Of a DNA stretch of 42,449 nt, positions 35,685 through 42,449 are shown piece after piece. The position numbers were made by a program, and so were the translations under genes. Origin of the DNA: Eubacteriales bacterium (GTDB lineage: Bacteria; Bacillota; Clostridia; Oscillospirales; CAG-272); contig DBGFNI010000116.1 of NCBI GenBank assembly GCA_048527645.1, positions 1-42,449 on the forward strand, read 5' to 3'. Under the pieces are notes generated by a model. The model saw nothing but the letters and a program-made list of their open reading frames with translations, made no database searches and was not told the DNA's origin. How positions within the stretch are numbered: the first letter of the stretch is position 1; each line of letters begins with the position of its first letter.

Positions 35685-36862
35685 ACAATATGACATATCC
35701 AACCGATTCCGCCTATTATCTCTTTGATCAGCAGGCGGTGACCAATCGTGTGGCGCAGCTGCGCGGTATGCTGCCACGTCAGATTTCTCTGTGCTACGCG
35801 GTCAAGGCAAACACATTTATCATCGACGCGCTGCGCGGAACAGTAGAACGCTTTGAAATCTGCTCGCCGGGGGAAGCGCAGATCTGCGACCGGCTCGGCG
35901 TGCCGCCGGAGCAGACGGTGATCTCCGGCGTGTACAAAACGCCGCAGGTGATCGAAAGCATGGTACGAAACGCCGCGGACAGAATTTACACCGTGGAATC
36001 CCTCACGCAGTTTGATCTGCTGCGAAGCCTGTCGGAATCATACCGGCGGCGCATCCCGGTTTTGCTGCGCCTGACCAACGGCAGTCAGTTCGGCATCAAC
36101 GAGGACGAGCTGGAGCAGCTCGTTGCCGCGCGGGAGCGCTGCGCCTATCTCGATTTGCGCGGCATCCAGTATTTTTCAGGCACGCAGAAAACCTCTCTCA
36201 AAAAACTGCAGCGCGAAATCGAGCATCTGGACCGGCTCTTGCTGCACCTGCAGCAAACCTACGGTTTCACGGCGCGGGAGCTGGAATACGGCCCGGGCCT
36301 TCCCGTGGCTTATTTTTCCGGCGACACGCTCGAAGAGGAAGCGCTGCTGTCCGGCTTTTCCGCGCTGCTCAACGGCATGTGCGCAAAGCCGAAGATCACG
36401 CTGGAGCTGGGACGCAGCATTGCCGCCTGCTGCGGACGGTACTACACCCATGTCGTTGACATCAAGCGCAACAACGGGCAAAACTATCTGCTGGTGGACG
36501 GCGGCATGCATCACATTGTTTACTTCGGGCAGCACATGGCGATGAAGCAGCCCTTTATCAGCGTTTGCGGAAAAGAGGCACAGCCGGCGACGGAAAGCTG
36601 GAATATCTGCGGCTCGCTATGCTCGATGAACGACATTCTGGCAAAGCAGGTGCCCCTGCCCGATATTCAGATCGGTGACACGCTTTGCTTTGAAAAAACA
36701 GGCGCATACTGTATGACGGAGGGCGTCTCCCTGTTTTTGAGCCGGGAGCTGCCGGCAGTCTATCTGCAAACGGCAGACGGCACAATCTGCCTGCGCCACA
36801 CGGTGCAGACCGCCCCTCTCAACACCCCGATTTTCAGCACAACCAATACAGAAAGGAACTGA
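35681..36862 (+). CDS. fold-type III PLP-dependent decarboxylase (Orn/DAP/Arg decarboxylase family)
   Basis: PLP-lysine motif 'LCYAVKANT'. 'YGPGLPV' phosphate loop. 'ELGRSIAA'. Active-site Cys region 'ICGSLCSMNDIL'. 'KTGAYCM'. TTG start 35681 overlaps the upstream stop (TTGA); ATG 35690 is an alternative. Confidence 0.85.
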   Translation: MNNMTYPTDSAYYLFDQQAVTNRVAQLRGMLPRQISLCYAVKANTFIIDALRGTVERFEICSPGEAQICDRLGVPPEQTVISGVYKTPQVIESMVRNAADRIYTVESLTQFDLLRSLSESYRRRIPVLLRLTNGSQFGINEDELEQLVAARERCAYLDLRGIQYFSGTQKTSLKKLQREIEHLDRLLLHLQQTYGFTARELEYGPGLPVAYFSGDTLEEEALLSGFSALLNGMCAKPKITLELGRSIAACCGRYYTHVVDIKRNNGQNYLLVDGGMHHIVYFGQHMAMKQPFISVCGKEAQPATESWNICGSLCSMNDILAKQVPLPDIQIGDTLCFEKTGAYCMTEGVSLFLSRELPAVYLQTADGTICLRHTVQTAPLNTPIFSTTNTERN

Positions 36863-36868
36863 CACATT

Positions 36869-37099
36869 ATGGAACAACTGCTTGCAATTTTAGAGGATAT
36901 TCAACCGGATATTGATTATACCGCCTGCGAAGGACTCATCGACGATCACCTGCTCGACTCGCTGTCGATCATTTCGCTTGTCGCAGAGCTGGAGGACGCG
37001 TTTGACATCACCATCCCCGCGGTGGAGGTCATCCCGTCGAATTTCAATTCCGCACAGGCAATGTGGAGCATGATTCAGCGTCTGCAAGAGGAGGAGTAA
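36869..37099 (+). CDS. DltC-like acyl/aminoacyl carrier protein
   Basis: 76 aa and acidic. Phosphopantetheine site 'DDHLLDSLSIISLVAELEDAF', with layout like D-alanyl carrier proteins. Confidence 0.85.
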   Translation: MEQLLAILEDIQPDIDYTACEGLIDDHLLDSLSIISLVAELEDAFDITIPAVEVIPSNFNSAQAMWSMIQRLQEEE

Positions 37100-37100
37100 C

Positions 37101-38735
37101 ATGCAGCTTTCCGCTCTGCTGTTTGCGGGAAAGTATGCGTCGCTGACCTCGTTTTTTTCCGTGGCGTATCTCGCCGTTTTCCTGCCCGTCTGTCTTCTTC
37201 TCTACTCGCTGATGCCGGGAAGGTGCAAAAAATACTTTCTGCTGCTTGCAAGCGCCGTATTTTATTGGCTGATCAGCGGAAGGCTGATTGTATATCTGGC
37301 ACTTTCCGTTCTGTCGGTGCATTATTTCGGGCTGTGGCTGGACCGTTTGCACATGCAGCGGGACGCACAGCTCAAAAGCGTTGAAAAGGAAAACCGGCGA
37401 AAATACAAAAAATTTTTTCAGCGCAGATGCCGCCTGGTTCTGCTCTTTGCCGTCGCGCTGCACATCGGCGCGCTGCTTGTGATCAAGTATTCCCCCTTCT
37501 TCACTTCAAACATCAACACCCTGCTGCGCGCACTGCACTGCTCGGTGCAGCTGGACATCCCGCGGTATCTGATGCCGATCGGCATTTCCTTCTTCACGTT
37601 GCAGGCGCTCTCTTATCTGATTGATGTTTACCGCGAAACGGAAAAGGCCGACGGCAACCCCTTCCGTCTGGCGCTCTTTCTCTCCTTTTTCCCGCAGATT
37701 ACGGAAGGGCCGATCTGCCGCTACCGTCAAACCGCGCCGCAGCTGTGGAGCGTGGGAAAAATCGAATATGCCAATCTCACCCTGGGGTTGCAGCGCATCC
37801 TGTTCGGCATGATGAAAAAGCTGGTTGTCGCCGATCGGCTCAATCCCCTGATTCAAGAGGTGTTTTCCAACTACCGTTCCTATGCGGGCGGCGTGATTGC
37901 CTTTGCGGCTGTCTGCTACACGATGCAGCTGTATATGGATTTTTCCGGCGCGATGGACGCGGTGAGCGGCACCGCGCAGATCTTCGGCATTGTCATGCCG
38001 GAGAACTTTCAGCGGCCGTTCTTCTCCCGCAGCATTTCGGAATTCTGGAAGCGCTGGCACATCACGCTGGGCGCGTGGTTTAAGGATTATATTTTCTATC
38101 CCGTGACCATGTCCTCCCCCTTGAAGCGCCTCACCGCTTCCGCGCGCAAAAAGCTCGGCAATCATTTCGGTCCCCTGCTCGCCGGCAGCATTGCGCTGTT
38201 CTGCGTGTGGCTGTGCAACGGGCTGTGGCACGGCGCCGCATGGAGCTACATATTCTTCGGCATGTACCATTTTGCACTGATTCTCGCCGGCAACGCCATC
38301 GCACCCGCCGTCAAAGCATGCAACCGCAAGTTGCACATCAATCCCGAAAGCCGCCCCTACCGGCTGCTGCAAATGCTGCGCACCGGTATCCTGGTGGTGA
38401 TCGGCGAGCTGTTCTTCCGTGCAGACGGCCTGCGCGCCGGACTCGCCATGTTTGGCAAAATGATCACCGATTTTCATCTTCCGTCGATCGACAACCGGCT
38501 CTTTTCCGCGCTGGGCGTCGACTGGATGGATCTTGTCATCGTCGGCGTCACGCTGCTGATCGTTTGGGTCGTCAGCCTGCTGAATGAAAAGGGGATCGTC
38601 GTCAGAGCGTCTCTGCGCAACGCGCCTGTCGTGCTGCGCTGGTGTGTGTTCTACGCGCTGATTCTGTATATTGTCATTTTCGGCGCATACGGTCCCGGAT
38701 ATGTCCCGGTTGACCCGATGTATGCGAATTTCTAA
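37101..38735 (+). CDS. MBOAT-family membrane O-acyltransferase (DltB/AlgI-like)
   Basis: 544 aa and polytopic. 'SISEFWKRWHITLGAWFKDYIFYP' and the catalytic-His region 'NGLWHGAAWSYIFFGMYH'. SD GAGGAGGAG. Confidence 0.9.
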   Translation: MQLSALLFAGKYASLTSFFSVAYLAVFLPVCLLLYSLMPGRCKKYFLLLASAVFYWLISGRLIVYLALSVLSVHYFGLWLDRLHMQRDAQLKSVEKENRRKYKKFFQRRCRLVLLFAVALHIGALLVIKYSPFFTSNINTLLRALHCSVQLDIPRYLMPIGISFFTLQALSYLIDVYRETEKADGNPFRLALFLSFFPQITEGPICRYRQTAPQLWSVGKIEYANLTLGLQRILFGMMKKLVVADRLNPLIQEVFSNYRSYAGGVIAFAAVCYTMQLYMDFSGAMDAVSGTAQIFGIVMPENFQRPFFSRSISEFWKRWHITLGAWFKDYIFYPVTMSSPLKRLTASARKKLGNHFGPLLAGSIALFCVWLCNGLWHGAAWSYIFFGMYHFALILAGNAIAPAVKACNRKLHINPESRPYRLLQMLRTGILVVIGELFFRADGLRAGLAMFGKMITDFHLPSIDNRLFSALGVDWMDLVIVGVTLLIVWVVSLLNEKGIVVRASLRNAPVVLRWCVFYALILYIVIFGAYGPGYVPVDPMYANF

Positions 38736-38746
38736 AGGAGGTTATT

Positions 38747-39712
38747 ATGCGATCGGCAGTCAAGCATGCGCTTTGCAGCACACTGTTCGTGCTCATTCTC
38801 GCCATTTTGCTGCTTGCGGTTTCCTGGGTTTTTCAGCCGAAGGGCAACGCTGCGCGGGACGGCATTCTCGATCAGTCGGCAAACGGCATTCTGGGAGAAG
38901 CGGAGCAGACCATCGACGTCTTGATCGTCGGAGACAGTGAGACATACAGTTCTTTTATTCCCCTGAAAATCTGGCAGGATTGCGGAATCACCTCCTATGT
39001 CTGTGCCACCCCGGCGCAAAAGCTCTATTATTCGTCTGAGTTTCTGCAAAAGGCCTTTGCGCAGCAAACGCCGAAGCTTGTCATCCTTGAAACGAACGCC
39101 GTCTTCCGCAATTTCACCTATGCGGATGTCGTCTTTCACAGTCTGGAACAGACCTTTTCCGTCTTTCGGTATCACAATCGCTGGAAATCTTTGCAGCCAA
39201 AGGATTTCACCCTGTATGTCAACAACACCAACACCGACAGCAGCAAAGGATATTCCTACAACACCGCCGTCAGCGCCGCGAATACCAAGGGCTATATGAA
39301 GCCAACGAAAAAGCAGCAGCGTATCTCGGCGAAAAATCAGCGGTACATTGAGGAGATGCAAGCCTTCTGTGAAGAAAACGGCGCGGCCTTTCTCCTGGTC
39401 AGCACCCCGAGCACCAAAAACTGGAATTATGCCCGGCACAACAGCATTGCCGCCCTTGCACAGCAGACGGGAATCCCATACATTGATATGAATCTGCTGC
39501 AAAAGGAAATCCCCATCGACTGGAAAACAGACACCCGCGACGGCGGCGATCATCTCAACCACGCCGGCGCCGTCAAGGTCACGGATTATCTGACGCAGTA
39601 TCTGCAGCAGACGGGAGCATTCACCGACAAGCGAGGCGATCCGCGCTACGCGGACTGGGAGGAAGCACTGCTCGCTTTCAACCGGGCAACCGCAGATTCC
39701 TTAAAGCCGTGA
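38747..39712 (+). CDS. membrane-anchored extracytoplasmic SGNH/DltD-like acyltransferase-esterase
   Basis: N-terminal TM 'LFVLILAILLLAVSWVF'. Block I 'VLIVGDSETYS'. Block V-like 'DGGDHLNHAG'. SD AAAGGAGG. Last gene of the cassette. Confidence 0.65.
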   Translation: MRSAVKHALCSTLFVLILAILLLAVSWVFQPKGNAARDGILDQSANGILGEAEQTIDVLIVGDSETYSSFIPLKIWQDCGITSYVCATPAQKLYYSSEFLQKAFAQQTPKLVILETNAVFRNFTYADVVFHSLEQTFSVFRYHNRWKSLQPKDFTLYVNNTNTDSSKGYSYNTAVSAANTKGYMKPTKKQQRISAKNQRYIEEMQAFCEENGAAFLLVSTPSTKNWNYARHNSIAALAQQTGIPYIDMNLLQKEIPIDWKTDTRDGGDHLNHAGAVKVTDYLTQYLQQTGAFTDKRGDPRYADWEEALLAFNRATADSLKP

Positions 39713-39796
39713 GCCCAGTCAAAAAGAGAACCTCCCCGGCGATTGGCAGGTATCCGTAAGACAGTATTGCACACAAACGGAAGAGAGAATATATGT

Positions 39797-40371
39797 ATGT
39801 TGAACAAGAAGATTACAATTCGTCCGGAAGAACATAAAGATTATAAGAGTATTGTTTCTCTGATTCTGCGTTCGTTTCAGAAGGAACCGACTATTCTGAT
39901 GGATCCGATATTATTGCATTAGTTGAGGAAATCAGAGATTCGAAATATTATATTCCCGAATTGTCCTTTGTTGCACAATTAAATAACAATGTGGTAGGAC
40001 ACTTTTTGTTTTCAAAATTTCCGCTATCTCCTACGCAGGAAGGCGGACATGATCATGATACAAATTCCGGAATTGTTATGTTAGCACCTGTATCTGTTCA
40101 TGCCGATTATTTTCGCCAAGGAATCGGAACCGCTATGCTTAACATGGGAATTGAGAAGGTGAGAGAATCGGGCTATAAAGGAATAACCGTTGAAGGAAAT
40201 TACAACTTTTACAATCGAGTCGGATTTCGGACATCATCAGAATATAACATTTTCCCAACGAGTGGCTATCCAATGGAAGAACCCCGATGCATGATGTGTC
40301 AGGAAACATATCAAGGATCCTTGGACGGCATACACGGTTATATCGTTTATGACATGTATTTCAATGCATAA
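39797..40371 (+). pseudogene. YhbS-like GNAT N-acetyltransferase, disrupted by a 1-nt frameshift
   Basis: Frame A (from ATG 39797) reads 'MLNKKITIRPEEHKDYKSIVSLILRSFQKE' and stops at 39920. The continuation 'GTDYSDGSDIIALVEEIRDSKYYIPELSFVAQLNNNVVGHFLFSK...GIGTAMLN...GYKGITVEGN..YY.RVGF' is in another frame, open from 39847. The shift lies at about 39878-39890. The region is visibly AT-richer than its flanks. Confidence 0.7.
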
Positions 40372-40568
40372 AACTGACGTTCTGTCGGTACAAAGAAACT
40401 GACAAATTCAGCTTTATCAGATTGTCGAAAATCCCTTCAGCACGAAAGGGCGCACTTCTATACAGGGGCAAAGCCCTGCTTGTGCGCTCTGGCAGCCAGA
40501 TAGCCTCCCGGATTGTTTTGTGTCACAACCTTTCATACAAAGGGATACCGCTTTGCGCCCAGTCCTGC

Positions 40569-40599
40569 AAAAAACCTCCGCATGATTACTCGTGCGGAG
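40569..40599 (-). terminator. orphan intrinsic-terminator-like hairpin
   Basis: Stem ctccgca / tgcggag (40576-40582 with 40593-40599). On the minus strand it is followed by GTTTTTTG. No gene lies between it and the rsgA terminator about 80 nt upstream. Confidence 0.5.
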
Positions 40600-40675
40600 A
40601 TTGAACTATTTTTGGGACACTGCCCGATACTGCCGGGGAGGTTTTATGTGCTGCGCGTGCCGCCGGGTGCAAATC

Positions 40676-40714
40676 ACAAAAACGGAGAATGACTGCCAGC
40701 AGTCATTCTCCGTT
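40676..40714 (-). terminator. intrinsic terminator of rsgA
   Basis: 13-bp stem acggagaatgact / agtcattctccgt. It includes the last rsgA codons and the stop codon, and is followed on the minus strand by TTTTTGTG. Confidence 0.85.
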
Positions 40715-41647
40715 CTTTTCCCATTCTTTTTTATCCTTCAGATCGCGGTAGATGGCGCAATAGCTTCGGTGGCGGCACCGGGCGATCTGCCCCGCCTCCA
40801 CCGCGGCGGCAATCGCGCAGCCGTCCTCTCCCGTATGGGAGCATTTTTTATACCGGCATTTTCCCAGATAGGGCGCAAATTCCCGGAAGGTCTGCGGCAG
40901 ATCCTGCAAAAAGAAAAAGTCAAACCGTTCAAAATCCAGCATCCCAAACCCCGGCGTGTCGGCGAGATACCCCGCGCCGCCGCAAAGGTCGTTTAGCGGA
41001 TACAGCTCCACATGCCGCGTGGTATGCTTGCCGCGGGCAATTTTTTCACTCAGCGACCCGGTCTGCAAAGCAAGCGTGGGGAACAGGCAGTTGAGCAAGG
41101 AGGACTTTCCGACGCCGGAGGCGCCGGCAAATGCGATCAGCTCCTCCGCGCGCATGCCGCAGACATACTGTGCAAGTGCGTCAATGCCGTTGCGGTGCAC
41201 CGTGTCGGTCAGAAACACGTCATATCCCGCCTTTTCATAAACCGCCGCAATTTTTTGCGCCTTTTCCGCGCCCTGATCCACCTTGTTGACGATGAGCGCC
41301 GTTTCGATGCGGTGATACGCACAAATGGCAATCATCTTATCCAGATACAGTGGGCTCGGCGCCGGGTCGGACGCCGCCGCCACCAACAGCAGCCGGTCAA
41401 GGTTGGCAACGGGCGGGCGGATCAGGATGTTCTTTCTCGGCAGAATCTCTTCAATCCGACCGGGCTGTTCTCCGTCGCCCGGCGAAAAGCACACCCGGTC
41501 TCCCACGGCAAGCGTCTCGTGCGCGTGCTTCAGCCCCCCCTTTGCCAGGCAGTGATGACGCTGACCGTTTTCTTCTCTCACTTCGTATCTGCCGCCGACC
41601 CCCTTGATCACACGGCCCTGCCGCAGCGCGGCATCGTTCTGTTTCAT
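40703..41647 (-). CDS. rsgA: ribosome small-subunit-dependent GTPase A
   Basis: OB-fold N-terminus 'GRVIKGVGGRYEV'. Circularly permuted GTPase motifs 'LIVNKVD' then 'FAGASGVGKSSLLN'. Zinc finger 'CRYKKCSHTGEDGCAI'. Conserved position downstream of prkC. Confidence 0.93.
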   Translation of the reverse strand: MKQNDAALRQGRVIKGVGGRYEVREENGQRHHCLAKGGLKHAHETLAVGDRVCFSPGDGEQPGRIEEILPRKNILIRPPVANLDRLLLVAAASDPAPSPLYLDKMIAICAYHRIETALIVNKVDQGAEKAQKIAAVYEKAGYDVFLTDTVHRNGIDALAQYVCGMRAEELIAFAGASGVGKSSLLNCLFPTLALQTGSLSEKIARGKHTTRHVELYPLNDLCGGAGYLADTPGFGMLDFERFDFFFLQDLPQTFREFAPYLGKCRYKKCSHTGEDGCAIAAAVEAGQIARCRHRSYCAIYRDLKDKKEWEKNGE

Positions 41648-41666
41648 GCTGCTGTTTCCTGTTCTG

Positions 41667-42449
41667 TCACGAATCTTTCCCCAGGCTGACGGTGAGATCG
41701 ATCTTGGTCGATCCGATGGGGACGGTGGTCAGCGGATTTTTGCTCTGGCTGATCACCGTGCCGTTTGGCAGCTCGCTCTCCACATAGGTGACTTTGCCCA
41801 GCGCAAGATTGCTTTCCAACAGCTTGCGCATCGCGTCCGCTTCTCCCAAACCCACCAGGTCAGGCACCTGGGTCTCTTTGATTTCCTGTCCTTTTGAGAC
41901 ATACAGCGTCACCTTGTCTCCCGCCATGGTTCCGCTGTGACTGTCTGTCTTTCCCGCACGCACCATTTCCCCCTTCGCGGGACTGGTGGAAATCACATAT
42001 CCCTCCAAAATGGTGTCATGGTACTGCTCCACGATCTCATACTGCAAGCCGCGCTCCTCCAGCTCCAGCCGCACCGCGCGGTTTTCTTCCATCGTGTAAT
42101 CATCCAGCGGGAACTCATCGCACCCCTGTGAAACATAGAGCACAACAGCACAGTTCTGTTCTCCCTCGATCACCTTGCGGCTCTGCCCGGCGGGCGGATC
42201 CTGCGCGAGAATGGTGCCCCGCTCCTCCGTCTCGCTGTACTGATATTCGATCTGGAAGGTGTAATATTTTTCGTCCAACTCCTGCGCAAACGTATCCGAC
42301 CACACCATGCCGACAAAGTCGCGCACCTCAATTTCCTTTGCGCTCTGTGCTTCATCCGCAGTGATCAGCTGGCTGAAAATGTAAAACGCCGCGATGCTGA
42401 ACGAAATCATGAAGGCAGTCGCCACACCGGCAATCACCGGCAGCATCGA
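41667..42449 (-). CDS. prkC: PASTA-domain C-terminal part of a PrkC-type Ser/Thr kinase (5' end outside the window)
   Basis: A TM segment 'LPVIAGVATAFMISFSIAAFYIF' is followed by PASTA-like repeats ('VRDFVGMVWSD...', 'LDDYTMEENRAVRLELEERGLQYEI...', 'VPDLVGLGEADAMRKLLESNLALGKVTYVESELPNGTVISQ'). The reading frame is open to the window edge. prkC-rsgA synteny. Confidence 0.8.
   Translation of the reverse strand, partial: SMLPVIAGVATAFMISFSIAAFYIFSQLITADEAQSAKEIEVRDFVGMVWSDTFAQELDEKYYTFQIEYQYSETEERGTILAQDPPAGQSRKVIEGEQNCAVVLYVSQGCDEFPLDDYTMEENRAVRLELEERGLQYEIVEQYHDTILEGYVISTSPAKGEMVRAGKTDSHSGTMAGDKVTLYVSKGQEIKETQVPDLVGLGEADAMRKLLESNLALGKVTYVESELPNGTVISQSKNPLTTVPIGSTKIDLTVSLGKDS

Noticed and set aside
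40592-40996. 134-aa plus-strand ORF containing an internal Cys-rich segment 'MCCACRRV...' whose ATG (~40646) is preceded by GGAGG
   Set aside because: Most of it runs antisense through the rsgA terminator and the rsgA coding region. It has no family resemblance, and the SD-like GGAGG lies in a GC-rich spacer.

Overview
42.4-kb chromosomal segment from a GC-rich Gram-positive anaerobe. It looks Clostridia-like: SLH-anchored enzymes, prkC-rsgA synteny, an ECF FolT component behind a THF riboswitch, and a glycyl-radical enzyme. I support about 33 protein genes, one tRNA-Glu(UUC), one THF riboswitch, two pseudogene or gene-fragment relics, and several promoters and intrinsic terminators. I see no IS element or transposase, integrase, prophage, CRISPR array or rRNA.

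Layout, left to right:
- 1-6.2 kb (+): rimM-trmD, an O-antigen-ligase-like membrane protein, two DUF4330-like paralogs, an ArsP_2-type permease and a sugar-phosphate isomerase.
- 6.3-10 kb (+): a 1216-aa secreted GH25 muramidase with six Listeria-Bacteroides-type repeats.
- 10.2-14.7 kb (-): SPFH protein, P-loop kinase fusion, HAD, MBL, and riboswitch-controlled folT.
- 14.7-27.7 kb (-): a beta-glucan-type block (SLH-GH5, two tandem SLH-GH16 paralogs, GH94 cellobiose phosphorylase). It is interrupted by a serine-hydrolase / radical-SAM activase / divergent glycyl-radical-enzyme operon.
- 27.9-31.8 kb (+): tRNA-Glu, a DUF1624 acyltransferase-like protein, aspS and an RluA-family synthase.
- 32.1-39.7 kb (+): an OmpR-type two-component system followed by a dlt-like cassette (adenylase, PLP decarboxylase, carrier protein, MBOAT, SGNH protein).
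- 39.7-40.7 kb: a low-GC islet with a frameshifted GNAT gene.
- 40.7-42.4 kb (-): rsgA and the PASTA end of a PrkC-like kinase, cut by the window edge.

The best candidate for an undescribed system is the dlt-like envelope-acylation cassette with an embedded fold-type-III PLP decarboxylase. Its promoter carries the same direct-repeat box as the adjacent two-component operon. The second candidate is the hydrolase-activase-GRE operon with a structured leader.

All coordinates for hairpins and boxes were counted by hand and may be off by 1-2 nt. No database search was run.
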